From Alphaproteobacteria bacterium (GTDB lineage: Bacteria > Pseudomonadota > Alphaproteobacteria > SPJN01), in NCBI GenBank assembly GCA_049609145.1, contig JBMYYF010000002.1, positions 372,839 through 436,838 of the forward strand: DNA of 64,000 nt, given 5' to 3'. Shown one piece after another: positions 19,569-34,176 of this stretch. The notes under the pieces were generated by a model that made no database searches, was not told the DNA's origin, and was given only the letters and a program-made list of their open reading frames with translations. Made by a program: the position numbers and the translations under genes. Within the stretch, counting starts at the first letter, position 1. Each line of letters opens with the position of its first letter.

Positions 19569-20752
19569 GCAATCTTGATCACTTTACCGATGAAGTCCGT
19601 GGCTTTCTAAGCGAGAAACTCAGGCCAGAGCTTCAGCGCGCGGGCGAGATGTGTGCGGGCATTTATGCCGATCAGCCGGTGGCAGTTGAATGGCACCGCA
19701 TTTTGAACGACCAAGGCTGGGCCGTGCCCTCATGGCCGGTTGAATGGGGCGGCACCAATTGGGATTTGGAACAACACGCCATTTTTCAGCGTGAGCTCAC
19801 CCTTGCCAATGCGCCCAAGGTAACACCCAATTCCACACGCATGGTGGGGCCGGTGGTTATCAAATTCGGGACAGATGAGCAGAAGAACCATTACTTGCCG
19901 CGTATCCGCACCGGCGAAGATTGGTGGACTCAAGGATATTCAGAGCCCGGCGCCGGGTCTGATCTGGCATCCCTGCAATGCAAAGCGGTGCGCGAGGGGG
20001 ATGAGTATGTCATCAATGGTACCAAGATTTGGACTACCCATGCGCAATGGTCGAACAAGATTTTCTGCTTGGTGCGCACCGACAATTCCGGCAAGCCGCA
20101 ACAGGGTATTACTTTCCTGTTATTCGACACGGATGTGCCGGGGCTGGAGATCAGGCCGCTGATTTCTATCTCCGGCGACCATGAGTTCAACCAATTGTTC
20201 TTTGAAGATGTCCGTGTCCCGGTGTCGTCGCTCTTGGGCATGGAAAATGATGGTTGGACGGTCGCCAAATATTTGCTGCAGCACGAGCGCGGTGGCTCTT
20301 ATGCCACGGGGCTAAAGGTAAAGTTGGCGCAACTTAGGGAGTTTGCGAAGGCAGAAGGGGCGGGCGCTGCAACGCCTTTGGCCAATGATGTGGATTTCAT
20401 GCGCGCCCTTGCCGGTGCGCAGATTGAGCTTGATGTACTTTATGCGTTTGAACAAAAGCTCTTTTCCGCTGTTACATCCGGCCAGCCTGTTGGGGCCATG
20501 TCATCGGCCATTAAGGTGCGCGGCACCGAATTGCGCCAGCGCGTAACCGAACTGGTGATGGAAGCGGTTGGTTATTACGGCTTACCCTATCAGCCGGAAG
20601 CTCGGGCGTTTCGTTCCAATGTGGCGCCGGTCGGGTCCGCCTTAGCGGCCACGGCCTTGCCGCAATATCTGAATGATCGCGCCGCCACGATTTACGCCGG
20701 ATCAAACGAGATCCAGCGCAATATTATGTCGAAAGGTATTTTGGGGCTTTAG
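19565..20752 (+). CDS. acyl-CoA dehydrogenase family protein
   Basis: ACAD signature (GYSEPGAGSDLASL...) and length 395 aa. A 4-nt ATGA overlap couples it to the upstream crotonase. Confidence 0.85.
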   Translation: MSNLDHFTDEVRGFLSEKLRPELQRAGEMCAGIYADQPVAVEWHRILNDQGWAVPSWPVEWGGTNWDLEQHAIFQRELTLANAPKVTPNSTRMVGPVVIKFGTDEQKNHYLPRIRTGEDWWTQGYSEPGAGSDLASLQCKAVREGDEYVINGTKIWTTHAQWSNKIFCLVRTDNSGKPQQGITFLLFDTDVPGLEIRPLISISGDHEFNQLFFEDVRVPVSSLLGMENDGWTVAKYLLQHERGGSYATGLKVKLAQLREFAKAEGAGAATPLANDVDFMRALAGAQIELDVLYAFEQKLFSAVTSGQPVGAMSSAIKVRGTELRQRVTELVMEAVGYYGLPYQPEARAFRSNVAPVGSALAATALPQYLNDRAATIYAGSNEIQRNIMSKGILGL

Positions 20753-20796
20753 AGCAGGCCTTGCACCATTTTGCGCGCCCCGGCGGCGGCGATACC

Positions 20797-21570
20797 TTAA
20801 AGCCCGCCCGCCACAAACAGCGTCTCGCCCGTCACCCATGCCGAAGCGGGGGAGGCCATAAACACCACAGCAGCGCCAATGTCTTCCGGCGTGCCGTAGC
20901 GTTGCAGCGGCAGGTTGATATTTTGACGGATCATCTCTGCTTGTTCGTCGCTTTCTATCTTGAGACAATCCTTGAAATTGTCTGTCACCACTGGGCCGGG
21001 TGCCACCGCATTGACACGGATAGTGGGACCAACTTCTGCCGCCATGGAGGCGGTGAAGCTGTTAACCGCCGCTTTTGCTGCCGCATATGGGGCGTTCTTC
21101 GCATGGCCGCCACGTGACGTGGCGGATGACACATTGATGATCGACCCACCGCTTGCGCCCATATGTTTGGCGGCCACCATGCAACCCAGATAAACTGCAT
21201 TGAAATTAAGGTTGATCTGGTCGTTGAAGGTTTGGCTGGTCATGCGAGTTAGATAGCGCGCCGTGCCATCGGGCACGCCACCGGCATTGTTCACCCAAAT
21301 ATCCAAAGTGCCAAAGGCATCAACCGCTGCTTGGCCAATGCGTTCCATATCGTCCGTATTGGTGACATCGGCCTGCACGGCCAAAGCCTTGCCGCCTGCG
21401 GCCTCAATCTCTTTCGCGACGGCATCGATATCTTCCTTGCGGCGGGCTGAAACGACAACTGCCGCGCCTGCTTCTGCCAAACAAAGCGCAATGCCACGCC
21501 CGATGCCGCGGCCTGATCCGGTCACAACCGCTACTTTGCCGTCCAGCTTGAAATGATCTAATACACCCAT
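20797..21570 (-). CDS. SDR family oxidoreductase
   Basis: Rossmann motif TGSGRGIGRGIA and the classic SDR length. Confidence 0.85.
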   Translation of the reverse strand: MGVLDHFKLDGKVAVVTGSGRGIGRGIALCLAEAGAAVVVSARRKEDIDAVAKEIEAAGGKALAVQADVTNTDDMERIGQAAVDAFGTLDIWVNNAGGVPDGTARYLTRMTSQTFNDQINLNFNAVYLGCMVAAKHMGASGGSIINVSSATSRGGHAKNAPYAAAKAAVNSFTASMAAEVGPTIRVNAVAPGPVVTDNFKDCLKIESDEQAEMIRQNINLPLQRYGTPEDIGAAVVFMASPASAWVTGETLFVAGGL

Positions 21571-21673
21571 GGCGCTATCCCCTCATATTATCGTGTTGGC
21601 GGGACTATAGGGGGATGAAACAGGTTTGCCTAGATAAAACAGTCAAGCATGACTTTTTTATTTTGGGCGCTGC

Positions 21674-22339
21674 TCAGGCGTTCTGTGCCAACTCCTGACG
21701 CACCAGTGTCAGAAAACTGTCCAGCACCAAACGGCTCAGGCGCTTGGTTTCGCTGGTGGGGACATGCGGGTTTTGTTGCCACCAGCGCGCGCCACCTTCC
21801 GCCGCACCCAATAAGGTGAACGCCCACGGCTGTACGATTTCAAGCGCGCGGGCTTCATCCATGTCGGCAGGGCGTTGGCCTGCCAGTATGTGGGCGACGG
21901 CGGTGATCACTTGTGTATGGTGTTGATCGACAATCGCCGTGGCGCGGCTCGTGCCGTCCCCGGCCGATAGTAAGGCCCCGTGATCGCGCACGAAATCCAT
22001 CAAGGCTTGTAGGCTTTCCAGTGATTGGTCTGGCCCCTCATGATTGGCAAGGGCAGAGATCAGCTTTTGGGTCAGCGCCGCTGCCACGGCGGACAGGCTG
22101 GCTTCAAACAGGCTGTCTTTGGAGGGGAAGTGACTATAAAGAACCGGCTTGGTAATATTACATGCGGCGGCAATATCGCTCATTCGCGTGGCGTGAATGC
22201 CTTGTGCGCGAAATAGACCCACGGCAACGTCCAAAATTTGCGCCCGCCGCTCATCCCCGGTTAGCCGCGGTTTTGCGCCCTTTGGTCGCCTTTTGGGGGC
22301 GGTGGTCGGCGAAACTTTTTTGGCTGCCTGACTTGACAA
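21674..22339 (-). CDS. TetR/AcrR family transcriptional regulator
   Basis: N-terminal TetR HTH (RAQILDVAVGLFRAQGIHATRMSDIAAACNITKPVLYSHF). Confidence 0.8.
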   Translation of the reverse strand: MSSQAAKKVSPTTAPKRRPKGAKPRLTGDERRAQILDVAVGLFRAQGIHATRMSDIAAACNITKPVLYSHFPSKDSLFEASLSAVAAALTQKLISALANHEGPDQSLESLQALMDFVRDHGALLSAGDGTSRATAIVDQHHTQVITAVAHILAGQRPADMDEARALEIVQPWAFTLLGAAEGGARWWQQNPHVPTSETKRLSRLVLDSFLTLVRQELAQNA

Positions 22340-22406
22340 TTTGTGATCCGTTCCAATATTTACTACCTAAGAGTAATAAATGAATATATAAGAAAAGGCA
22401 AGTCCC

Positions 22407-24176
22407 ATGCCCTTGGTCGACAGACAACTTCCGCAAGGTGCCCGCCCCTTTGATGTGATGGGGGATGGCGTGCGATTGTCTGCCTTCGCTTATGGCGATG
22501 CGGTCAAGCCCACCATCGTGTTGGTACATGGTTATCCTGATAGCTCATGTGTTTGGGATGGTGTGGTGCCTTTGTTGGCCGATCAATATCATGTGGTGAC
22601 CTATGATGTGCGCGGTTGCGGCGCGTCTGATGTGCCGCCCAAGGTGCGTGATTACCGCATGGCCCATCTGATTGCTGATTTGAAAGCAGTGATCGATCAT
22701 GTCAGCCCCGACAAGCCGGTGCATGTGGTGGGGCATGATTGGGGGTCGATCCAATCATGGAACGCCATGATGGATGAAAGCCTGAAAGGGCGTGTTACCT
22801 CCTACACCTCCATGTCGGGTATTTCGTTTGATCATGTGGGGGTGTGGCTGCGCAAACAGTTCAAGACATTGCGTCTTGGGCGTGCCTTTGGTCAGCTTTT
22901 CCGTTCCTGGTATTTTTATATGTTCCATGTGCCCTATCTGGCACCTTGGGCATGGAAGCGGGGCATCGCCAAACGCTGGCCAAAAATGCTGGAACGCAAC
23001 GAAGGCATTAAAGGCCATCGCAATCCTACTCAGTTGAAAGATGGGGTGAATGGCATTCAGCTTTATCGTGCCAATTTCTTCCCCCATGTGGGGCGGCCTA
23101 ATCCCGGCAAGGTGCATGTGCCGGTGCAGTTGATCGAACTGAAGAATGATCCGTTTGTCTCGCCACATTTGTTTTCTGATCACGGTCAACTTGTGGACGA
23201 TTTGTGGAAACGGGAAGTGTTCTCGGCTCACTGGTTGCCGCTCAAAAACCCGACTTTGGTGGCGCGCTTTGTGGACGAATTCGTCACCCATATGGAAGGC
23301 GGGCCGGAAACACTGGCGCTTAAGCGTGCGAAAGTGTTGGCCAAGGCAGACCCTGAGAAGCCATTTGATGGGCGTCAGGTATTTGTAACCGGGGCAGGCT
23401 CCGGCATTGGCCGTTCGGCGGCTTTGAAATTTGCCGGGGAGGGTGCTGATCTTCTGCTGGGCGATATCAATCTTGCAGGTGCCGAAGACACGGCCCAACA
23501 GGTGCGTGATCTTGGGCGCGAGGCACGGGCCTATCAAATCGATGTATCAGACAAAGCGGCAATGGAGGCTTTGGCTGACCAAATTGATCGCGAAGCCGGG
23601 CCGGTTGATATTGTGCTCAATAATGCAGGCATTGGTATGTCGGGCGGGTTTTTGGAAACCTCCGTTGCAGATTGGGAACGCATTGTCGGCATCAATTTCT
23701 GGAGCGTGATTTACGGGGGCAATCTATTTGCCCAACGCATGGTGGATGATATGCGCCCCGGCCATATTGTGAATACGGCATCTGCCGCCGGTTTCACGCC
23801 GCTGCGGATCTATCCGGCCTATGCCACCACCAAGGCGGCAGTGCTGATGCTGTCTGAATGCCAGCACGCAGATTTTCTGGATCAGGGTATTGGCGTTACT
23901 GCCGTTTGTCCTGGCTTTGCCGATACGGGCATCGCCAAGGCCACCGAACACAAAGGCGTATCGTCGGAAGAAGAAGAACGCCGCCGCGATGATGCCGACA
24001 AAATGTATAAGCGGCGCGCGCTTACCCCCGATACGGTGGCAGACGCCATTTTGCGCGCGGTGAAGAAGAACAAGCCGGTTGTGCTGGTGGGGGCAGAAGC
24101 CTATCTGGGCCGCTTTGTGCAACGCATCGTGCCGTGGGCGGGTCGCCGTCTGGCACGCCTCAAACCTTCTGATTGA
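22407..24176 (+). CDS. fusion protein: N-terminal alpha/beta hydrolase + C-terminal SDR oxidoreductase
   Basis: The N-terminal half has IVLVHGYPD and a nucleophile elbow in VVGHDWGS. The C-terminal half has VTGAGSGIGRSAAL and the SDR fold. Confidence 0.75.
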   Translation: MPLVDRQLPQGARPFDVMGDGVRLSAFAYGDAVKPTIVLVHGYPDSSCVWDGVVPLLADQYHVVTYDVRGCGASDVPPKVRDYRMAHLIADLKAVIDHVSPDKPVHVVGHDWGSIQSWNAMMDESLKGRVTSYTSMSGISFDHVGVWLRKQFKTLRLGRAFGQLFRSWYFYMFHVPYLAPWAWKRGIAKRWPKMLERNEGIKGHRNPTQLKDGVNGIQLYRANFFPHVGRPNPGKVHVPVQLIELKNDPFVSPHLFSDHGQLVDDLWKREVFSAHWLPLKNPTLVARFVDEFVTHMEGGPETLALKRAKVLAKADPEKPFDGRQVFVTGAGSGIGRSAALKFAGEGADLLLGDINLAGAEDTAQQVRDLGREARAYQIDVSDKAAMEALADQIDREAGPVDIVLNNAGIGMSGGFLETSVADWERIVGINFWSVIYGGNLFAQRMVDDMRPGHIVNTASAAGFTPLRIYPAYATTKAAVLMLSECQHADFLDQGIGVTAVCPGFADTGIAKATEHKGVSSEEEERRRDDADKMYKRRALTPDTVADAILRAVKKNKPVVLVGAEAYLGRFVQRIVPWAGRRLARLKPSD

Positions 24177-24190
24177 TAAGGAGCTTGAAA

Positions 24191-25090
24191 ATGACCGGAC
24201 AATTTCGTGAGCCGATCGATATTACCCCGCGCAAGGTGTCGTTCGATTGGGAGGGCATGGATACCCATGTTTATCCCGGCGACCCCATTGGCTCCCATTG
24301 CGTAAACTCGCTGCATTTGCTGTTTCCGGCAGGTGAAAATGCGTTCTGCCGTATTTTTCAGGAGGCGCTGCCTTATCTGGAAGATGATCCCAAGCTCAAG
24401 AAAGATGCGCTGGCATTCATTCGGCAAGAGGCCATGCATTCCCGCTCGCACCAAGGGGTGGTCAATCACTACGAGGCGATGGGCGTTGATACCACCCAGT
24501 TCACAACGGCGATTGATAAGTTGATCCGCCGCGGTTCAGGCGACTTGATGTATGGTTTTATCCCGGTCAAGTCAGCGCGTATGAAGCGCTATTGGCTGGC
24601 GCAACGTTTGGCGGCGGTCGCGGTTGTGGAACACTTCACTTGCATTATGGGCATGTGGGCCTTGGGCGACAACAATATGGAAAAAGCGGGCATGGACCCG
24701 CGCATGTTGGATTTGTTGAAGTGGCATTGCGCCGAAGAGGTTGAGCACCGCAATGTAGCCTTTGATATCTACATGCATGTATCCGGCAATAGTCACCTCA
24801 GCCGTTGGCGCAGCATGTTGATGGTGATGCCGGGGGTCTATCGCCTGCTGCGGGCCTGTGGGCTGGAGATGATGTCGAAAGACCCGGCATTGGCCGGTCA
24901 AAAGATCAGCTTTTATCGCGCTTGGGAAAACAGCGCAGCGGAAGGCAAGCTGCCCTCGCTGAAAATGTTGTTCAAATCTACACGGCGCTGGTTTACCCGC
25001 AGCTACGATCCGCAAACAGAGGCGGATACGCAAGTGGCGCTGGATTATTTTGCCGTATCGCCCGCCGTACAGGCGGCTGCCAGTCAATAA
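24191..25090 (+). CDS. predicted metal-dependent hydrolase (PF10118-like)
   Basis: His/Glu-rich motifs (HSRSHQGV, WHCAEEVEHRNVAFD). RBS AAGGAG precedes the ATG at 24191. The family call is from memory, without a search. Confidence 0.5.
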   Translation: MTGQFREPIDITPRKVSFDWEGMDTHVYPGDPIGSHCVNSLHLLFPAGENAFCRIFQEALPYLEDDPKLKKDALAFIRQEAMHSRSHQGVVNHYEAMGVDTTQFTTAIDKLIRRGSGDLMYGFIPVKSARMKRYWLAQRLAAVAVVEHFTCIMGMWALGDNNMEKAGMDPRMLDLLKWHCAEEVEHRNVAFDIYMHVSGNSHLSRWRSMLMVMPGVYRLLRACGLEMMSKDPALAGQKISFYRAWENSAAEGKLPSLKMLFKSTRRWFTRSYDPQTEADTQVALDYFAVSPAVQAAASQ

Positions 25091-25149
25091 GCTGGCGTGA
25101 AAATGAGCCTTGGCCTATCCTTTGCCAAAGGATTAAGGGAGGGGCTATT

Positions 25150-25965
25150 ATGAGCGATATTGATGTGTCAGGCCGCTTGGCAGGCAAGGTGGCGATCGTC
25201 ACCGGAGCAGGGCAAGCGCCGGGTGAAACGATTGGCAATGGCAAGGCAATTGCGCTGCTATTTGCGCGCGCCGGTGCCAAGGTCTGTTGTGTTGACCGCG
25301 CGGCAGATCGTGCCGCTGAAACCGTCTCCCAGATTGAGGGGGAGGGCGGCGAGGCTTTTGCCATTGCCGCTGACATCACCAAGGCCGATGAGGTGGAACA
25401 GATTGTCAGTGCCTGTGTCGAGCATCTCGGACCCGTTGATATTTTGGTTAACAATGTGGGTATTGGCGGTCATGGCGATGCGCCGGCACACAAGCTGACA
25501 GAACATGCCTTCGATCTGATTGTTGATGTGAATTTAAAATCGGCATGGCTCATGATCAAGGCCGTTCTTCCTATCATGCGCGAACGTAAAAGTGGGGCGA
25601 TTGTGAATATTTCGTCACTGGCTGCCATCGCGGGCGCAACGCAACTGGCTTATGAAGTGACAAAGTCTGCCATGAACCGGATGACGCAGGCGGTGGCGCT
25701 TAACGGCGCAAAGCATGGTGTGCGCTGCAACGCGGTGCTGCCGGGTTTGATGGATACGCCCATGGCGATTGAAGGCATAGCAGCGGCGCTTGATGTGCCA
25801 ACAGAGGTGGTGAGAGAGCAGCGCAGCAAAGCTGTGCCAATGGGCCATATGGGCACCGCATGGGACACGGCCCACGCAACCCTGTTTCTCAGCAGCGATG
25901 AATCCCGCTTTGTTTCCGGCGAATTGCTGCGTGTAGATGGCGCGCAGGGCACCCGCATCGGCTAA
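25150..25965 (+). CDS. SDR family oxidoreductase
   Basis: GKVAIVTGAGQAPGETIG motif, and RBS AAGGGAGGGG before the ATG. The long in-frame upstream extension (from 24805) overlaps the preceding gene and is rejected. Confidence 0.85.
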   Translation: MSDIDVSGRLAGKVAIVTGAGQAPGETIGNGKAIALLFARAGAKVCCVDRAADRAAETVSQIEGEGGEAFAIAADITKADEVEQIVSACVEHLGPVDILVNNVGIGGHGDAPAHKLTEHAFDLIVDVNLKSAWLMIKAVLPIMRERKSGAIVNISSLAAIAGATQLAYEVTKSAMNRMTQAVALNGAKHGVRCNAVLPGLMDTPMAIEGIAAALDVPTEVVREQRSKAVPMGHMGTAWDTAHATLFLSSDESRFVSGELLRVDGAQGTRIG

Positions 25966-26052
25966 AGCCGAGCATTCCGGCAAAGATGCGGGTTGCATTG
26001 GCTCATTTTTTCTAATATGACAAATTATCAGTTTGATACGGGGGAAGCGATC

Positions 26053-27873
26053 ATGAGTGAAATGCAGCAATCCGCAACGGCGCAAACACTGTCATTCGAC
26101 AAGGAAGCGTTGAAGAAGAAATATCTGGCAGAACGCGACAAGCGCCTGCGTGATGATGGCAATGATCAATATCTGGAAATCAAGGATCAGCTTGCCCACT
26201 ATCTGGAAGATCCGCACACCCCACGCAAGGAACGCGATCCGCTTACAGATCATGTCACCTTTGCCTTTATCGGCGGTGGCTTTGCCGGTTTGGTGACAGG
26301 CGCGCGCATGAAGGAAGCAGGCATCGATGATGTGCGCATCATCGAAAAGGGCGGTAATTTCGGCGGCACATGGTATTGGAACCGCTATCCCGGCGCGCAA
26401 TGCGATACGGCGTCCATGATCTATATGCCCATGCTGGAAGAAACCGGGCATATGCCGACGGAAAAATATGCCCACCAGCCGGAAATTCTGGAACAGTGTG
26501 AGCGCATAGCCAATCAGTACAATCTATATGACAACGCCCTGTTCCATACCGAGGTGAAAGACCTTGTATGGGATGACGACGCTCAAGTGTGGGTGGTGCA
26601 CACCAACCGTGGTGACAAGTTTACCGCCCAGTTTATTGGCATGGGCACCGGCCCCTTGCATGTGCCCAAGCTGCCGGGGATCAAAGGCATTGAAAGCTTC
26701 AAAGGCCATTCCTTCCACACCAGCCGGTGGGATTATGACTATACAGGCGGCGACAACAAAGGCGCCTTGATGGAAAATTTGCGCGATAAGCGCGTTGCCA
26801 TTATCGGCACGGGGGCCACCTCTGTGCAGTGCGTGCCGCATCTGTCCAAAACCTGTGGCAAGCTTTATGTCGTGCAACGCACCCCATCGTCGGTTGATGT
26901 GCGGGCGAACGAACCGATTGATCCCGATTGGTTCAAGCAGATGGCAAAGCCCGGCTGGCAAAAAGAATGGCTGGAAAATTTCACCGCCAATCAAACCGGT
27001 GCGTGGACCGATGAGGATTTGGTGCAAGATGGTTGGACGGATTTGTCCCGCCGTATCCGCGCCAAAATCATGGAACTGCCGGAAGATAAACGCACGCCGC
27101 AAGATATGATGGCCGCGTTCGAGGATTCAGACTTTGAGAAGATGGAAGAAATTCGCGCCCGGATTGACAGCATCGTAGGCGATGAGGAAACCGCCTATAA
27201 GCTGAAGGCGTGGTACCGCCAGCTGTGCAAGCGCCCCTGCTTCCATGATGCCTATCTGCAATCCTTCAATAATCCCAATACCGTGCTGGTTGATACTGAT
27301 GGCCAAGGGGTTGAGCGGATCACCGAAAAGGGTGTGGTTGTTGCGGGCACAGAATATGAGGTGGATTGCATTATCTATGCCTCCGGCTTTGAAGTCGGCA
27401 CCGAATATACACGCCGCGCGGGCTTCGATATGGCGGGCCGCGATGGCTTGCGTATTTCTGAATATTGGAAAGATGGCATGCGCACCAAGCATGGTATTCA
27501 TGTTCATGGCTTCCCCAATGCCTTCATTGTGCAGCCCACACAGGGCGCGAACTTGATCTCAAACGTGCCGCATAACTTGACCGAATCCGGTCGCACCATT
27601 GCGCTTACTATCAAGCATGCCTTGGAAGCGGGTGCGCAAACGGTAGAAGTGACGAAGGAGGCGGAGGATGCATGGGTTGATCTGCTGCTCACCGGCATGG
27701 GCCGTATGATCGGCAGCGGCGATTGCACGCCCGGCTATTATAATAATGAGGGGAAAGACCCCGGCCCGCAGGCCAAATACCAAGTGGGTTATCCCCACGG
27801 CGCGCTGGCCTTTTTCCACTACATCGAAAAGTGGCGGACCGACGGCAAATTTGAGGGTTTGGCATTCACCTAA
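26053..27873 (+). CDS. Baeyer-Villiger (flavin-containing) monooxygenase
   Basis: FAD site GGGFAG, the BVMO fingerprint FKGHSFHTSRWD (FxGxxxHxxxW[P/D]), and a second Rossmann motif GTGATS. Confidence 0.85.
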   Translation: MSEMQQSATAQTLSFDKEALKKKYLAERDKRLRDDGNDQYLEIKDQLAHYLEDPHTPRKERDPLTDHVTFAFIGGGFAGLVTGARMKEAGIDDVRIIEKGGNFGGTWYWNRYPGAQCDTASMIYMPMLEETGHMPTEKYAHQPEILEQCERIANQYNLYDNALFHTEVKDLVWDDDAQVWVVHTNRGDKFTAQFIGMGTGPLHVPKLPGIKGIESFKGHSFHTSRWDYDYTGGDNKGALMENLRDKRVAIIGTGATSVQCVPHLSKTCGKLYVVQRTPSSVDVRANEPIDPDWFKQMAKPGWQKEWLENFTANQTGAWTDEDLVQDGWTDLSRRIRAKIMELPEDKRTPQDMMAAFEDSDFEKMEEIRARIDSIVGDEETAYKLKAWYRQLCKRPCFHDAYLQSFNNPNTVLVDTDGQGVERITEKGVVVAGTEYEVDCIIYASGFEVGTEYTRRAGFDMAGRDGLRISEYWKDGMRTKHGIHVHGFPNAFIVQPTQGANLISNVPHNLTESGRTIALTIKHALEAGAQTVEVTKEAEDAWVDLLLTGMGRMIGSGDCTPGYYNNEGKDPGPQAKYQVGYPHGALAFFHYIEKWRTDGKFEGLAFT

Positions 27874-27913
27874 AACGCTTATACTCACGACAATCTGAAA
27901 TTTGTGAGTATTT

Positions 27914-31868
<3,955 letters not shown>

Positions 31869-31914
31869 ATGCGTGGTGGGATGTGTATATTCGGGTCATT
31901 CAATGGGGAGTGTC

Positions 31915-32700
31915 ATGGAATTTGTATCTACCAAAATTGAGGATCGCGTGGCGGAAGTCACCTTCTCCCGCGGGGATGACCGCAATGCGCTGTCTGTGCA
32001 GGCGATGGAAGAATTGCGCGACACTGCCCGCGCCTTGGCCGAAAATCCTGATTTGATGGCGGTGATCCTGTCATCCAAGGGCGCATTTTCTGCCGGAGCG
32101 GATTTGAAGGATACGGGCAGTGATGTGATGCGCAATGGCACCATGATGGAGAAACGCCAGCATCTGAAGCTGGGGCCGGATATGTGCGATGCGTGGGAAA
32201 ATATAGAGGCCTATACGATTGTCGCGATGGAGGGCTATTGCATTGGTGGCGGCTCTGCCCTTGCGGCGGCAATTGATTATCGCATCTTGGGCCGCTCCGC
32301 CCATATGCGTTTGCCCGAGGTGCCCTTGGGCATGAATATGAGCTGGCATTCCGTGCCGCGTTTGGTGGCGCAAATCGGGCCTGCTCGGGCCAAGCAATAT
32401 ATCACCTTGGGCGAACGGGTTTATGCCGATCAAGCTTTGTCATGGGGGTTGGTGGAAGAGGTGGTGGATGATGGCACCACGCTGGATGCCGCGCGCGCCT
32501 ATGCACAGCGCATCACCAAGCTGCCGCCTTTGCCGGTGCGTATGACCAAGCAATCTGTCAATGCCGCTGCCATGGCGCTGGCAAATGCCACAACCTTTAT
32601 GGACCGCGATCAATATATGCTGGCGGTCAGCAGTAGCGATTTCAGGGAATCGGTAAAGGCGTTTTTCGAAAAGCGCGATCCCGAATTTTCCGGCGACTAA
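31915..32700 (+). CDS. enoyl-CoA hydratase/isomerase family protein
   Basis: Crotonase fold (FSAGADLKD). RBS GGGGAG precedes the ATG at 31915. Confidence 0.8.
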   Translation: MEFVSTKIEDRVAEVTFSRGDDRNALSVQAMEELRDTARALAENPDLMAVILSSKGAFSAGADLKDTGSDVMRNGTMMEKRQHLKLGPDMCDAWENIEAYTIVAMEGYCIGGGSALAAAIDYRILGRSAHMRLPEVPLGMNMSWHSVPRLVAQIGPARAKQYITLGERVYADQALSWGLVEEVVDDGTTLDAARAYAQRITKLPPLPVRMTKQSVNAAAMALANATTFMDRDQYMLAVSSSDFRESVKAFFEKRDPEFSGD

Positions 32701-32715
32701 ATAGGCGAGTAAAAG

Positions 32716-33846
32716 ATGAGTTTGAAGCGGGTTCATAACATTGCAGATATGCGCGCCAAGGCCAAAGCGCGACTGCCCAAAATGGTGTTCGATTATATTG
32801 ATGGCGGCGCAGATGATGAACTGACGCTTGCCAACAACAACAATGCCTTTCGTCAAATAGGCCTTTTGCAAAATGTGTTGGTAGATGTTTCCCACATTGA
32901 AACACGCACCAAGCTTATGGGGGGTGATGTGGAGCTGCCCTTTGTGATTTGTCCCACCGCCACATCAAGGCTATTCCATCCCCGTCAGGGCGAGCGCGCC
33001 GTTGCCAAAGCGGCGGCTGATGCGGGCATGGCCTACAGCTTTTCCACTCTTGGTTCCGTGCCGTTTGAGGAAATTACCCAGCTTGCGCCCGGTCCCAAAT
33101 GGTTCCAGCTTTATGTGTGGAAAGATCGCCCCTTGGTGCTGGATATGCTGGCCAAGGCAAAGGCGGCGGGCTTTAGTGCCTTGATCTTGACTGTTGATAC
33201 ACCCGTCGCAGGCAATCGCGAACGTGATCCTCACAATGATTTCTCTGTGCCCCCAAAGATTACACCGCGCACCGCTTGGTATGGGGCATGGGCGCCACGC
33301 TTTATTCTGGATGTTGCCACCACCAGCCGCATCGGGCCGGTGAATGTGGATTGCGATACCTCCACCCAAAGCATCATTGATTTGATCAATGATCAATTCG
33401 ACCCCTCGGTCACATGGGATTATGTCGAATGGCTGCGGTCTGAATGGGAAGGCCCCATTGCCATTAAGGGCATTTCCAAGATTGAGGATGCGCGCCGTGC
33501 GGTTGATATCGGCGCAGATTGCATCTGGATATCAAATCATGGGGGGCGTCAGTTAGATACGGCCCCGGCGACAGTTTCCTTGTTGCCAAATATTGCTGAT
33601 GCCGTTGGCAGCCGCGCCGAGATCATATTGGATGGCGGTATCCGCCGTGGCTCCGATATCGTCAAGGCATTGGCCTTGGGCGCAGATGGCGTGGGCATTG
33701 GCCGGGCCTATCTCTATGGGTTGGCCGCCGCGGGGGAAGCAGGCGTTGCAAAATCCATCGCCATATTGGCGGAGGAATTCAAGCGCACCATGGCCTTGGT
33801 TGGCGTGAACGATGTGAAAGACCTGAACCGAGAGGTGATTTATTAG
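32716..33846 (+). CDS. FMN-dependent alpha-hydroxy acid dehydrogenase (L-lactate dehydrogenase/glycolate oxidase family)
   Basis: Family N-terminus (...ADMRAKAKARLPKMVFDYIDGGADDE...) and length 376 aa. Confidence 0.8.
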   Translation: MSLKRVHNIADMRAKAKARLPKMVFDYIDGGADDELTLANNNNAFRQIGLLQNVLVDVSHIETRTKLMGGDVELPFVICPTATSRLFHPRQGERAVAKAAADAGMAYSFSTLGSVPFEEITQLAPGPKWFQLYVWKDRPLVLDMLAKAKAAGFSALILTVDTPVAGNRERDPHNDFSVPPKITPRTAWYGAWAPRFILDVATTSRIGPVNVDCDTSTQSIIDLINDQFDPSVTWDYVEWLRSEWEGPIAIKGISKIEDARRAVDIGADCIWISNHGGRQLDTAPATVSLLPNIADAVGSRAEIILDGGIRRGSDIVKALALGADGVGIGRAYLYGLAAAGEAGVAKSIAILAEEFKRTMALVGVNDVKDLNREVIY

Positions 33847-34176
33847 GTGCCTGGTGCGATCAGCATTTATGTGACCTGCGCCAATGGGGATGAGGCAAAG
33901 TTGATCGCCCGCCACTTGTTGGATAAGCGGCTGGTGGCCTGCGCGAATATTCTTGCCAACGTCACCTCCCTTTACCATTGGCAAGGTGAGATTGCGGAAG
34001 ATGTCGAAGTCGCGCTGATCGCCAAGGCCCGCGCCACAGATTTTGACAACGCCGCAGAGGTGATCCGGGCGCATCATTCTTATGACACACCCGCCATCAT
34101 GGCGTGGCCCATCACGGCAATGGATGAGGCGACTAGAGCTTGGTTATTGGCGGAAACGAAGAAGGGTGAGGCATGA
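33847..34176 (+). CDS. cutA: divalent-cation tolerance protein CutA
   Basis: Length 109 aa with CutA motifs (YVTCANGDEAKLIARHLLDKRLVACANI...YHWQGEI). GTG start abuts the upstream stop. Confidence 0.8.
   Translation: MPGAISIYVTCANGDEAKLIARHLLDKRLVACANILANVTSLYHWQGEIAEDVEVALIAKARATDFDNAAEVIRAHHSYDTPAIMAWPITAMDEATRAWLLAETKKGEA

Noticed and set aside
24805-25149. A long N-terminal extension (386-aa ORF) on the SDR gene.
   Set aside because: The extension overlaps the preceding hydrolase gene in another frame. It has no SDR-like sequence. An internal ATG at 25150 has a strong RBS and yields a canonical 271-aa SDR.
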